A stretch of 49,342 nucleotides of DNA, filler included, from Jimgerdemannia flammicorona (lineage: Eukaryota), in assembly GCA_003990765.1 (NCBI GenBank). It is 2 parts of 2 records of this genome, joined end to end, with 100 filler letters (N's around TTAATTAATTAA, not from the genome) between each part and the next. Parts side by side here need not be neighbours in the genome. Positions count along the whole stretch, not along the records: positions 1 to 24,622 come from RBNJ01000950.1; 1 more part is not named here. The stretch is one strand, 5' to 3'. This document shows, in pieces, positions 11,107-24,622 of the stretch. The notes beneath the pieces were generated by a model that was given only the letters and a program-made list of their open reading frames with translations, ran no database searches and was not told the origin of the DNA. The first letter of the stretch is position 1; each line of letters opens with the position of its first letter. The position numbers and the translations under genes were made by a program.

Positions 11107-13145
11107 TGTAAGAGGGTTGCTTTTTAGGGTAACCATTACGTAGTTCTGGAAAGGTTTTCTGGATATTCTGGATATTCTGGATATTCTGGAAGACCGTTTT
11201 CTTATGGTCAAGATCAATTTCGTATGGAGTACGTCCTTTATGCTTATTGATTTCAAGATCAGGTTGACATCTCAACCAAAGTCCTTTTTTTTTCAGACTA
11301 GTTCTGAATGTTCAGGATTTTCCATATTTCAGGAAGTTCAAGAAACTAAGACCAGCTTAGTTGAATTGGCGTATCACTGCAGACAATACCCAATTAGGAA
11401 ATTTCATGATATGGTTAGGAGTGGGACCTAATGGGGAGCAGATTTACTTAAGAGTAGTTTGTGGGTTATTTAATAGGTTTATTCGCTATTTATGATATTG
11501 CTATACTAGGAGTAGTTGTGTGAAGGAATATTGTGGAGAAGTATTCAGGAATGTTGTTGTGTGTTCGTGTCTGAGATTCTGAGGTCTGGGGAAGGGGGTA
11601 TTTATACCAGTGAGGGGCTATCTGGACTATACTGAATATGGATGTAGCACTAAGTGCTTTGCTGAGTCGGAATGCAGTCATGTAGTACAAGTGTGATCTG
11701 ATATATCAAGAGATCATCTGCTGAGTCAGTTCACAGTTACGTCATACAAGGCTAATCTAACTATACTATGACTGCTAGGCTATTTATAGGTTTAGGCACT
11801 GTCTGGGTAGTCTTTGATGACATTACCATTGATTGCATCATCTCTGATGAAGTAGTCATCTAGGAAGAGTGGTTTGTGGATTACTTCTCCTTGTTCACTG
11901 AGGTAATAATATATTGGAACTTCATCACCATCCCACAGAATAGCATCATCTGTCTCATATGTTGGATAAGATGTTGGTGGGTAAAGGAGGGGTGCATCAT
12001 CTTCACTTTCATCAGATTCACTGTCTGCATACCTTCTGTAGGTTACAGCACTATGAGTCACAGGGTTGTAGTAAGCTAGTGGCTGTGATTCATATCACTC
12101 ATACTCGGGTGGTGGAGTGATTGGTTCAATCTCGAGAGTTGTCTGGAGGTACAGATCGTGTTCTCTGGTCTCTTCATTATAGTTGAAGTAATCAGGAGTG
12201 AATGTGGATTGGTATTCATATCAGTGGTCATTGTCCCAATAAGTCTCATATGCTGTTATGAATTATTATAAGTTCATCAGCAAGGTTAGCGGTGTGATTA
12301 GAGTTGGCAGAGATCCTTGGCTAGAGGTCATGTCAGTGTCAGAGGGATCATTATCTTCTGCTTCATCTTCGTCAAAGTGGATTATATCATAGATGTCCTT
12401 CATAGCATATCTGACTTGGGGCATTGCAGGATATGATCATTGGGGTGTGGGAAGGTTCTATCTGTGGTTTCGACATACTCGAGATACTTGTGGTTGAGTT
12501 CTTATATCATGTTGTCGATTTGGCCATAGGATAGGATAGCAATCATTTTGGCTGTAGTAACTCAGAGGTGGGGAATAATAGTGCTATACTTGTAGAAGAG
12601 TTCTCGATGTTTGCAGGTAATGAGCTTCTGGTGTTGAGACATCTGGGTAATGTCTGTATCATGGTGGTGTTCAATCATGTCTTCTAGGAGGTGGCTAATC
12701 TGGTAGTAGCTTGAGATTTGTCCAATTCAGTGGGCCTTACTAAGTATGTTCAGAGCATTCTATCAGACTTCTATGAAGTAGAGGGGTGCTAGGCTATAGA
12801 TATTCATGAGGGGCAGAGGGGGTGTGGCTCTATTGACAATGGTATTCCAAATGTCAGTGTGGATACAGGTATAGATCTTAGTGGTTATGTTTATGTGTTT
12901 GGAAGTTGTGGTTATTGTTTGTTTTGGTTCTCTGATTCGATGTGTCTCAGTGCTCGGTATATATACATTTGATCCTAATTGGTAAGATTCCGTTTGTATA
13001 AATCTTGTGTTCTGTGACTTCATATTGACTCAACTTCATGATCAAGCAAGTGATTTCCAGATTTGTTCAGAGGTCATGTGTGATTTCAGTGGCTTGTTCA
13101 GAGGGTGACATGTAATTTTGGTGGCTTGGAGGTTGTGTGCTTACA
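11107..13145 (-). repeat. 3' LTR of A2, with a decayed U3 ORF
   Basis: TGTAAG..CTTACA; ORF remnants 11792..12061 and 12763..13023 match the U3 protein. Confidence 0.95.
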
Positions 13146-13159
13146 ACTCTCCCCTTCTT
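13146..13159 (-). promoter_or_regulatory. Polypurine tract
   Basis: AAGAAGGGGAGAGT immediately before the 3' LTR TG; same tract at 30891-30904 in A3. Confidence 0.88.
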
Positions 13160-13355
13160 AGCTTTCAATATCCTCATTGGGGCCTTCTAATTTTGTTCAG
13201 TACTATAGGGAAAATAGGCTTGCTTTCAGTTTTGCCATTTTTTCCAGAGGGTCAGTATTCTTGTCTTGTTTTTTGCTGAGTTCTTGGTTTGCAATAATTA
13301 TAATGTTCGGAAGGATAATATATAGTATGTATGGATAGGTGCAGAGTATTTGGTT

Positions 13356-16300
13356 CTAGTTGTTTGAGGAATCATATTCCTGAACTAGGTTAGTAGCATT
13401 CTGGAGATTGGTCTTGGGTTCCCAGGTTGCATCGTAGATCGGATAACCTTTCCATTTGACAAGATACTTAGGGTGGCTCTTGTTGCCACATTTGTTGAGG
13501 ATTTGTTCAACTTCGTACTCTTCTTGGTCATTAATAATGACAGGTGCAGGTGGTTTGGTGGTCTGGTTTGGAAATAGCTCATCATCATTCTCATTATATC
13601 ACTTGAGACGTTGAACATTAAAGACTGGGTGAATCTTAATGGTGTCTGGTAGCACCAATTTGTAGGAGATTGAAGAAACTTGTACAATAACTTCAAATGG
13701 TCCAATGAACTTGCTGTTCAGCTTTGTAGATGGTCTGTGCTTGAGGTTGTTAACTCGGTATCCTCTAATGTCTAGTAGAACTTTTTCTCCAATATCAAAG
13801 ATTTCTTCTTGGCGGTGTTGGTTAAAATACTGTGACTGTTGTTCTTGAGCTCATGATAAATTCTCAATAGCAATCTGGCTTAGATTGTACATTCAGAGTA
13901 AGAATTCTTCAACAGCTTTGACTGTGGAGGGTTCTTCAGTGGTTTGGATAAGTGTCAAAGGGGCATTTGGATTTTGTCCAGTATTGGCGAAGAATGGGGT
14001 CATTCTGAAAGAGGCTTGCTTGCTATTGTTATAGGTAAACTCAACTGTGGTAAGGTGTTCATGCCAGTCATCTTGTCTGTAGGAAATATAGTTCCTTAGC
14101 ATTTGTTCTAGAGTTCAGTTCATTCTTTCAGTTTGGCCATTAGTTTCCGGGTAAAAGACTATAGATAGTGCAAGTTTTGTTCCAAGGTATGTATGGAGGG
14201 CTTTCCAAAATGGCTGGTGAATTTCGGGTCTCGGTCATTAACAATGATCTTGAGAAGACCATGATAGTAGAAGATGTTGTCAAACAAGAGTGTGGCTATG
14301 TCTGGTGCTATTGCAGTAGTGGTAGTAGATACAAAGTGGGCTTGTTTGCTGAAATAGTCCATAAAGACAACAATTGCATCTTTCCTATTCTTGGTTTGGG
14401 GTAGTTGTACAATGAAGTCTATAGAGATTTGTTCCCAATTAGCAGATGGTACTGGGATAGGGTGAAGTAAGCTGGGTTTTGCTAGTGTTGAGGACTTGTT
14501 TCATTGGTAGGCATCACAGGAAGTGATATAGGTTTTGAGCTAATCTGCCATGTGGGGCCAATAGAAGTTTTGGGAGATAACTTCATAATATTTATTAAAT
14601 CCTAAATGTCCAGCTATAGGGGCATTATGACATTCAAATAGGATAGTTCTTCGGAGGTCTCAGTTGTTTGGGACATACAGTCTGTCTTTGTAGTAGATAG
14701 TATTATCCTTCAGTTGGTATTGATGATACTGTGTATGCTTGTCGGCATTGTCACTATTCAGAATTTCTCACAGTGCTTGAGCTTCCTTATAATTGGCACA
14801 TGCTGTGATAATTTGTTCCATGATGGAGTTTGTAACCAAGGTGAGAGTTTGGATAACCTCTTCGATTGGTGGTCTGGAGATTGCATCGGCAACAATATTT
14901 TCCTTGCCAGGGCAGTACTGGATTTAATAGTCAAAGTTGGTGAGGACTTTCATCCATCTGGCTTGCTTTCAAGAAAGGGTAGCCTATGTCTTGATATTGA
15001 CTAATAATTTGTGGTCAGTCAATATAGTGAAGTGTGCTCTTTCTAGGTAGAGTCGCCATTTGATCAGAGTATCTACGATGGCTAGCATTTCCTTCTCGTG
15101 GGTTGCATAGTTAATTTCAGCATCATTGAACTTGCAGGAGTGATAGGCCACAGGGTGTCCTTCTTGTATGAGTACTGCTCCAAGGGCTAGGTCAGAGGCA
15201 TCAGTGGTAACTTCATATAGCAGTACAGGGTTTGCCACTTGAAGTACTGGAGTGGTTATCAGGGCATCCTTTAGTGCTTGAAAGGTGGTATCTTGCTCAG
15301 ATCCCCAAGTTACAAGATTGTTGAAGTCTTTTTCTTGTTTTATGGTCCAGGGTTGTTCTTGTTTCTTGTTATGCTTGATCATTTGGGTGAGGGCAGTAGT
15401 GATTTTAGCAAAGTTGGCAACAAATCACCTGTAATAGTTTGCTAATCCCAGAAATGACTGGAGGTCTTTCAGCTTCTTAGGTCTGGGCCAATCCTTGATT
15501 GTGGAGATTTTGCTTAGGTCTACTTTGATTTCATTTGGAGTGACAATGTGTCTAAGGAATTGAATTTCTTTCAGGAGAAATTCGCACTTGCTGAGTTTTG
15601 CAAAGAGTCGGTTTTCTCAGAGTTTTAGTAGTACTAGTTCAAGGTGTTCAAGATGTTCCTTCAGAGTTTTGCTAAAGATTAGGATGTCATTAATGTAGAC
15701 AATAATGAATTTGTCCAGATATGGATATAGAATGGTATTCATCAGTATCTAGAAGGTTGCTGGAGCATTAGTTAAGCCAAAGGGCATAACCAGGAACTCA
15801 AAGTGTCCATAGCGAGTTTGGAAAGCTGTCTTGTAGATATCTTCTTCTTTCATAGCAATTTGCTAGTAACCATTTTACAGGTCAAAGGAGCTCATGAATT
15901 GCAGGTTGGTGAGCCTATCGAATATTTCATCGATCCTTGGTAGTGGGCAACAGTTCTTGATGGTCTATTCATTGAGATTGTAGTAGTCAATACACATTTA
16001 CAGATCTCTTCCTTTTTTGACAACAAATAGGACTGGTGCACCATAAGGTGATATGCTGGGTCTGATGAATCCTTGTTCTAGGAGTTTGTCAATTTCTTTC
16101 TTGAGTACATCAATTTCTCTTGGAGACATGTGGTAGATTGACTTGAAGGTTGGTTTGGCATCTGGGATGGTCTTGATGGCATGGTCTACTGCTCATTTAG
16201 GAGGTAGGCCTTTTGAGAGTTTCTTTGGAAATATGTCTCAAAATTTCTAGAGTAGTGGTCTGACATGGCTGTCAACTTTGGAAAAATCTTCTTCAGAGTT

Positions 16301-18487
16301 CTCAGGTTCTCCTTTAGATGGATGGATGGAGATGGCAAAGAGAGGGCATTTCTTAGTCAATTTCTTGAGTTGTAGTTTGTTGATGTGGGTGATCTTTGGT
16401 CTAGGGTCACTAAAATTAAGTAGGTCCTTTTCACCTTGCAGTTTGAAGTTGTGGCGTTCTTTCTTGATGGTCAGAGAATGGTTTACCCAATCGATCATGG
16501 GGTTCTCTTGTTTTAACCATGGAGTCCCAAGGATGATTTCATTATCAGGAAGTGGTACGATTTGGAGAGTAATATGTACTTGGTAGTCACCAATTTGGAG
16601 GGGTAGATTGTGGACTTCTTTGCTAATATCATGTGAGGTTCCATCAGCTGTAGCCACTGCTTAAGTTTGCTGTACTGGAGAGGTAAAGACCTTGAGTCTG
16701 TTGGCTGTTTCCTTATTGATAAAGTTGCCTAAGGCACCACTGTCTATCATAATCTTGACAGGTGCTCAGTTGACGAAAGCCTTAAGTGTGAGCAGTTTGT
16801 CTGATCCAATGGTAGTGATTTCAATTGTAGGAGCTTTCCTTCTATTGGTTCTTCTTTGAGCCAGTTCATTGACACAAGAGAAGCAATTATCAATCATTTG
16901 GGAAGAGTACATTCCAATGCCATGGGGACATCGACCACTTGGTACATATCCATCTTCAATTTTCTTATAGAATTATTCTTCTTTGTTCATGATAGGTTGG
17001 GCTAGGGCTTTGTTTGATGAGCCAAATCCTTTGGATCCTCAGATGGTAGGTAGTAGTTCAGGGACTTTCTTGACTGTCAGGGTTGACTCAATTTTTTCAA
17101 ATAGAATCTGGGCAATACAGAAACCAATAGGGATCTTGAAGGGTATCCAACTGTGGTTTTGGATGAGGACAATAATTTCACCTGTGTAATCCTCATCAAT
17201 GACTCCTCCTTCTACTAAGAGTCCTTTCAATGCTAGGCTGCTGTGACAGTATATTCTTGCAACATGTCCTTCAGGGATTTGGATGCTGATTCCTGTATAG
17301 ACTTGTTTGACTTCTCAGTTGGAAACTGTAGCTTCTTCGGCTGTATACAGGTCATATCTAGCAGCTTTCTGACTTCCTTTGGTTGGGGCCTTAGCAGTTT
17401 GCCTTAGCTTGACAAAGTCTAGTATTCTGGTGGTCAGGTTGTTGAGGTGGTGCAGAGTGGTAACAGTTGCTCATATTGCTGTTCAGGGTTTTCGGTTAGG
17501 GCAGGCACTGGCCATGTGTCCTGTCTTTTGGCAATAGAAGCATGCTCCACTTCTTCGAAATTTGTTCCTTTCACCTTCAGTAAGTTTCTTGAAGGTACTT
17601 GGCTGGGTGGGTTCATGATTTCTAGGTATCCAAGAGGTGGATATAGAGGGAGCTTGGGATGCTTCATGCTTGGGTTCTTCTTTCTTGATTCAAGTCTTTT
17701 CCTTGTTGTTGAATTGTCTTTGGGGCAGAATTGGTCCAGCTGTTAGGATTCACTTGACCATAGTCTTGATTCTTACCAGGCACCATTGTTGGTGGTCACA
17801 ACCAACTAGACAGCTTTGTTCTTAGATTTTTCTAGTAAGCCATTCAGGCAGGGCATCAAATAAGTGGTCTGCTCTTGTACCATTTCATGCTTCATCATTG
17901 GCAATGTATCCTAGGCCAACAGTCTTCAGGAGTGACTTGAGTTTTGTATAGAAGGTTTCAAATTCTTCTTTGCCAAGTATATCAAATTTGAGGTTACAGA
18001 GTTTTACTCGGGATTCAGCAATCATGGTTTCACTGCAGTATTGAGCAATCATGAGTTGTTTGAGTCCAGGGGCTGCAGGATGGACTCTATATCCTGGGGC
18101 ATTGTTTGCTGCATTCTGAGCAACTACTGCAGATCAGGTATCCTATGTGAGGAATTTTTCAGAAAGAGTTCACCACCATTCTTTGGCAGGTCCTCAGAAG
18201 AATATAACAACTCGGCAGATATAGGCTGTAGTGATACCAAAGAGTTGTTCCAGAGTGTGGTCTTGATTGTTTGTCAGAATGCAGTTAGCAACTTGCTCAT
18301 TGGTCCATTGATTGGTTTCAAAGTTGGTGTCAACTATACTAATGAAGCTTTGGACTTCTTGTGCAGTACTATTGAAGATAGGTAGGCTCAGATTTTTGGT
18401 AGGTCAGGTCTGTTCAGCTAAGGTAGTAATGGTTGCTGCCATTATGGCTATCTGGGCTGTGAGTTCTAGAATCTGTTAGTTTGCCAT
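13356..18487 (-). pseudogene. gag-dUTPase-PR-RT-RNaseH-integrase-chromodomain polyprotein pseudogene of A2
   Basis: RT ([25 protein letters not shown]), RNase H (TTDASDLALGAVL, HEKEMLAI), IN (CHNAPIAGHLG, NDRDPKFTS, NGQTER), GPF motif, chromodomain (EYEVEQIL..YLVKWKGY..TWEP). Confidence 0.95.
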
Positions 18488-19448
18488 ATTATTTACTAGA
18501 GGTGGTTGGACTACTGGTAGTGGTGTTACTGGTACTACTTGAGGTACTGGTACAGAGTGTGATGGGGTTCTTTGGGTCTGTGTAAGTTGCTGGAGTAGTA
18601 GTTGTGGGTCTGGAGTAAGGGCTTGATAGATAACTGTTTGTTGCTGTATAGGTGTATTCTGTCCTGATGGAGGTACTTCTCCTTTGGTGGTATATCCGGG
18701 ATCAAATTCACTGAGATACTCCTCCTCTTCTTCGGTTTGGTCCTTGTGTAATTGGGTTTGCTTGGCGTCAAAGTAGATAGAATCAGTTGTATATCTGATT
18801 TCAGATGGACTTAATTCAAAGTCAAGTTTAGGTTCGGTATTGGTTTCAGATTCAGGTAGGGCTGTAGCAGAGCCTGCTTCAGGTTCGGAGTCAGGTAGTT
18901 AATGAAGGGTTTCTCTTGCTTCTTTTTTAAGAATATGGTGGGCCTTGCTGTTCTGGAATCGATAGTATAATGTAGTCTTGGTCCTGGTATGGTGAAAATC
19001 AGTAGAGTTGAGCCACTTGGCTACAGAGGCTTGGGCTTCGTGAGAAACTAAGGCTAGAAAGACTGCTGCTGGTTGTCCTAGGTTACTCGGGTTTGTGGAG
19101 CTGACAAAACTCTTATTGAGAAGAGTAAAGAAGGTTTCAATAAGACCTTCTTCATCTTGACTTGCTGGATGTAGTGCAAGAAGTTCAGTGAATAGAGTTT
19201 TGCCTATTTGCTAGTTTAACCGGAGTACTTCTTTCTTTGAATGAAGTTTATCCCACTTGTTGCAGATGTGGAAGTCAAATTGTCCTTATACATCAGATTC
19301 AATTTTCTCCAGATTGTCAGATGGTTCAGATAAATTCCAGTTCAGAGGTTGGGCTTTATACCAACTTATAGAAATTCGCAGAGGGGTTTGTAGCAGGGTG
19401 AGAAAGCATCTTGAAGTGGAATTGGATTGTAAACCACTGCTACCAAGT

Positions 19449-21493
19449 TGTAAGAGAGTTGCTTTTTAGGGTAACTGTTATGTAGTTCTGGAAAGGTTTT
19501 CTAGATATTCTGAATATTCTGGATATTCTGGAAGACTGTTTTCTTATGGTCAAGATCAATTTTGTATAGAGTACATCCTCTATGCTTATTGATTTCAAGA
19601 TCAGGTTGACATCTCAACCAAAGTCCTTTTTTTTTTTAGACTAGTTCTGAATGTTCAGGATTTTTCATATTTCAGGAAGTTCAAGAAACTAAGACCAGCT
19701 TAGTTGAATTGGCATATCACTGCAGACAATACCCAATTAGGAAATTTCATGATATGGTTAGGAGTGAGACCTAATGGGGAGCAGATTTACTTAAGAGTAG
19801 TTTGTGGGTTATTTAATAGATTTATTCGCTATTCATGATATTGCTATACTAGGAGTAGTTATGTAAAGGGATATTGTGGGGAAGTATTCAGGAATGTTCT
19901 TGTATATTCAAGTCTGAGATTCTGAGGTCTGGGGAAGGGGGTATTTATACTAGTGAGGGGCTATCTGGACTATACTGAATATAGATGTAGTACTAAGTGC
20001 TTTGCTGAGTTGGAATATAGTTATATAGTATAAGTGTGATCTGATATATCAAGAGATCATCTGACTGCTAAGTCAGTTCACAGTCATGTCATACAAGACT
20101 AATCTAACTATACTATGACTGCTAGGCTATTTATAGGTTTAGGCACTATCTGGGTAGTCTTCAATGATATCACCATCAATTGCATCATCTCTGATGAAGT
20201 AGTTGTCTAGGAAGAGTGGTTCGTGGATTACTTCTCCTTGTTTACTGAGGTAATAATACATTGGAACTTCATTACCATCCCACAGAATAGCATCATCTGT
20301 CTCATATGCTGGATAAGGTGTTGGTGGGTAAAGGAGGGGTGCATCATCTTCACTTTTATTAAATTTGCTGTCTGCATATCTTCTATAGGTTACAGTACTA
20401 TGAGTCACAGAGTTGTAGTAAGCTGGTGGCTGTAGTTCATGTTGCTCATACTCAGGTGGTGGAGTGGTTGGTTCAATCTCGAGGGTTGTCTGGAGGTACA
20501 GGTCGTGTTCTCTGGTCTCTTCATTGTAGTTGAAGTAATCGGGAGTGAATGCAGATTGGTATTCGTACCAGTGGTCATTGTCCCAATAAGTCTTGTATGC
20601 TGTTATGAATTGTTGTAAGTTCATTGGCAAGGTTGGCAGTGTGATCAGGGTTGGCAGAGATCCTTGGCTAGAGGTCATGTCGGTGTCAGAGAGATTATTG
20701 TCTTCTGCTTTATCTTCATCGAAGTAGATTATATCGTAGATATCCTTCATGGTGTATCCAACTTGGGGCATTTGCAGGATATGATCATTGGGGTGTGGAA
20801 AGGTTCTATCTGTGGTTTTGACATACTCGAGGTACTTGTGGTTGAGTTCTTGTATTATGTCGTCGATTTGGCCATAAGATAGAGTAGCAATCATTTCAGC
20901 TGTGGTAACTTGGAGGCAGGAAATAATGGTGCTATACTCATAGAAGAGTCCTCGATATTTGTGGGCAATGAGCTTCTGGTGTTGAGACATCTGGATAATG
21001 TCTGTATCATGGTGGTGTTTGATCATGTCTTCCAGGAGGCAGCTGATCTGGTAGTAGCTTGAGATTTGTCCAATTCAGTGGGCCTCACTAAGCATGTTCA
21101 GAGCATTCCATTGGGCTTCCATGAAGTAGAGGGGTGCTAGGCTATGGATATTCATGAGGGGCAGAGGGGGTGTGGCTTTGTTGACAATAGCATTCCAAAT
21201 GTCAGCGCAGATATGGATATAGATCTCAGTAGTCATGTTTGTGTGTTTGGAAGTTATAGTTGTTGTTTGTTTTAGTTCTCTAATTTGATGTGTCTCAGTA
21301 CTCGGTATATATGCATTTGATCCTGATTGGTAAGATTCCGTTTGTGTAAATCTTATGTTCTGTGACTTCATATTGACTCAGCTTCATGATCAAGCAGGTG
21401 ATTTCCAGATTTGTTCAGAGATTGTGTGTAATTTCAGTGGCTTGTTCAGAGGGTGACATGTAATTTCAGTGGCTTAGAGATTGTGTGCTTACA
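19449..21493 (-). repeat. 5' LTR of A2
   Basis: TGTAAG at 19449, CTTACA at 21493; PBS TGGTAGCAGTGG adjacent. Confidence 0.95.
20139..21371 (-). pseudogene. Second copy of the U3-encoded acidic protein (one stop at 21075)
   Basis: ORFs 21075..21371 and 20139..21026 are in one frame and align along their length to 3713-4867. Confidence 0.75.
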
Positions 21494-22379
21494 GTAGTGG
21501 ATAGTGATTCTTGATAGTGAGTTTGTTGAGTACATGATAGTCTATGTACATTCACAGAGTACTATCCTTCTTCTTGATGAATAAGACTAGTGAGCCATAA
21601 GAAGATTTGCTTGGTTGGATGACTTCTTATGCAAGTAGTTCTTCTAGTTCCTTCTTGACTGCTTTAATTTTGAGTGGTGACATGCAGTACATATGTTTCT
21701 TGAATGATACAGCTCCTGGGGTCAGTTTAATTTCATAATCAATTTCTCATATAGGTGGTAGATCAGATTACTTATCTGGAAAGACATCCTTGAACTTTTC
21801 TAGCAGTAGCTTGATGCTTTCATTGACTGATAGTCTCTTGTTTTATTTTTTGGGGCAGATCATTATAATAAAGGCATGCATTGTCTTCTTGAGTGCTTTC
21901 TTATACTATATAGCTGACAGTGTTGCAATCTGGATCTTACTCATAGTCTTGTCTATCTTGATCATAATATTGGCTCCATCTTAAAGTTAGGTGACTTCAT
22001 TCTTATACCAATCAATGTCTGGGTTGTACTTTATAAGTCAGAGTTTTCCTAGAATCAGGTTATGATCTCCTAGTAGTATAATCTTGAAGTCTACTTGTTT
22101 CCAATATTTCTGGATCTTGATGGGCAGTTTGGTGGCAATTGACTTGATGGGGTATAGAGTACTGTCTGTAGTAACTATACTATTGTTCTTGGGTATAGGC
22201 TTGGTGAGGATCTTGAGGCTTTCAATGAGATTCTGATTGATGAAGTTCTCTGCAGCTCCACTGTCTATGAGTACTTGAACTTCTCTTCCTTTGACTAGAC
22301 CTTTGAAAATGAGTATAGCTTGAGCTTGATTTTCACTAAGACTTGCTGCTTGATCAGTGCTGTCAAAACTCTTTTGATC

Positions 22380-22760
22380 TCATTTGGTTTCAGAGAGTTC
22401 TTGGACTTCTGTAATCTTGAGTTAACTGGCTTTTTCTAGGATCATTTGTGTGACTCAGTCTCCTTCTTTAACTATGTAGTCTTAATCCTTCTGATTGATA
22501 AGCAAGACTTAAACTTGTCCTCAAAAGTCTGGATCAATGATACCAGTACCTACATCTAAATGATATTTGACACTGAGTCCTAATCATAGTATAATTCTAG
22601 CATAATGTTCTTTAGAGCATTGAACTGCAATTCCAGTAGGCATTAGAGTATAGCTCTTGGCTGGAATAGTGACTTGTTTGACTGAGTGTAGGTCAAGACC
22701 AATGGCTCCTTCTGTTTGATATTAAGAGACCTGGGCCTTCAGATAAAGCTTCTTGACCTT
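22380..22760 (-). pseudogene. dUTPase domain of Gypsy B
   Basis: AIGLDLHS, TGIAVQ, LGLSVK, GIIDPDF*GQV, GD*VTQMIL; lies between the Zn knuckle and the protease. Confidence 0.85.
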
Positions 22761-23827
22761 AAGCTCAAGTTGACTGATAGTAGAATTGATAGGTGTGTTC
22801 TTAGACAATATAGTGACTGGTCTTGAGGATTTGCTAGTCTTTTTAGGACATTTGGTTGCAATGTATCCTATTTGGTGACAGAAGAAACAGGCTCTAGATT
22901 TCTTCAGGTGGTCCTTTTCTTCAGAAGTAAGCTTAGTGTTCTTTTTGTTTATAGTATCTAAGTCCATTAGTGCTGGACCAACTGTTCTTGGTTGGTTTCT
23001 GTGATAGTTCTCAAAGTGGTTCTTCTTGTGGTATTCTGGTTTGAAGTAGTTACCAAAGGTGATAATATCAAATCTATCAGCAATTCTCATGGCTTCATTA
23101 AGAGTTTTGAGTTCTTCTAGCTCAACCTTAACTTGTATATTTCCCTTCAGACCTCAGACATAGCAGTCTATCTTTTTATCCTCAGATACTGCTGGTAGCT
23201 CAAGTAGAATTGATAAGAATTGTACATTATAGCTTTATACAGACTTGAGTTACTTAATGTTTGCTAGCTTGTCCCTGGCTAGCTTAATAGTATTAGCAGA
23301 CTTGAACTGCTTGTGAAGGGCTCTCTTAAAAGCTTTCCAATCTCTGATTTGTATATATAAGTATACAGATGTAACCATGATATGGTTGTACTACTAAATA
23401 GCTGTATTTCCTCAGAGAAGTATGGTAGCAAATTGAACTTACATATTATCTTCTATTCTTGTAAGCTCGAAGTATTGATTCAACTGGAAGGTCCATATAT
23501 CTATAGATAGTCCTCCTTAATGACCATCAAAGGTATCTGGCTTGAGTAACTTAAAACTAACTAGTGCTATAGCAGAATGTGATCTTATAGTTTGTATTTT
23601 CTGATGTTCTAGTTGTACTTGAAGTTCTTGAATTTGGTAGGCTATAGCATTGATCATATCTTCTATATTGAGCTATGATCCTCTTGCTTCTTTTATAGCA
23701 GAGGGGTCTGGCTGATAGACTGACTCTTTATAGCTTATTTCAGGTTTGTATTACTAGTTGTGACTGGTTTCTGAATTCATATAAGGTTTCTTAATAAGGC
23801 AAGATGTAACCACTCACTGCTACTAAG

Positions 23828-24622
23828 TATAATAGTTCTAGTTTCTTTAAGAAGAAGTGGCTAAATCTGGAAGTTCTAGTTGGCCTAAAGTAGCTCAAAG
23901 AGATACTTAAAGATTCAAGTATTCTTAAAGGATTTCTAGAAGAAAATATTCTGAGCTTTATTCAGGTAGAGAATAAGAATATTTATACATGATCTGAAAG
24001 AAAGATCTGGAAGGATTTTGGAAAGAAAGAGAAATGTTAAGAAATAGATTCTTGACAAAGCTGACTAATACTATTCTACAATGTTCTGAAAGATTCCATA
24101 ACTAGCTAAGACAGAATGCTTGGTACCAAAGAAAGACAAGAATGTTCTAGTAGTGTCTGGGTGCTGAGAGAAGGTTTCTAAGTAAGTAAAAAGTGACAGA
24201 ACATAGTAGAATATTCAAGAAATGACAAGAAAAGACTAACTAAAAGATACAAAAATATACTAAGACTAAATATGACTATAAAATTATTACATTACTATTA
24301 ATATCTAGTAGAAAAGATATATATATAAGAAGAAGAGTAGTGAGTAGATTATAGTGATTAATAATATAGTTGTTTTTGAAAGAGTGAGAGTGGGGGAGAG
24401 AGAGTATATTAGAGTAGGATAGAGTGAAGTAGATTGAGTTAGAGCTATTGATATAGTATAAGAACTATATATTTGTTATAAATTAGTTAATAAAGACTTG
24501 AAAAAGATATATAGTTCTGAGTCAAATGATTAAACTTTATTTAAGTAAATAAAAAAGATATTTATATAAGATCTGAAAGAAGAATTTAGAAATTTAAAAA
24601 AAAAAAATTAGAAATAAAAATA
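23828..24622 (-). repeat. Probable heavily decayed 5' LTR of Gypsy B, running into the gap
   Basis: PBS-like TAGTAGCAGTG at 23825-23815 just upstream of gag ATG (~23780); AT-rich sequence beyond; second LTR is not in the window. Confidence 0.55.

Larger units (their letters stand above)
11107..21493 (-). mobile_element. Full-length decayed Gypsy family A copy A2 (10.4 kb)
   Basis: Two ~2.04-kb LTRs, TSD GTAGT at 11102-11106 and 21494-21498, PBS next to 19449, PPT next to 13145, all pol domains present. Confidence 0.97.
9541..24622 (-). mobile_element. Older Ty3/Gypsy family B (gag, dUTPase, PR, RT, RNase H), split by A2 and by LINE insertions
   Basis: Gag KPDTFDG and CFFCHQIGYIATKC (~22880); protease LIDSGAAENFI (~22260). 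RT reads NKLTIKNHYP|LLLIDQIFD across the A2 insertion; RNase H reads EFDVIT|YHQSLKYI across the LINE fragment. Confidence 0.88.
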
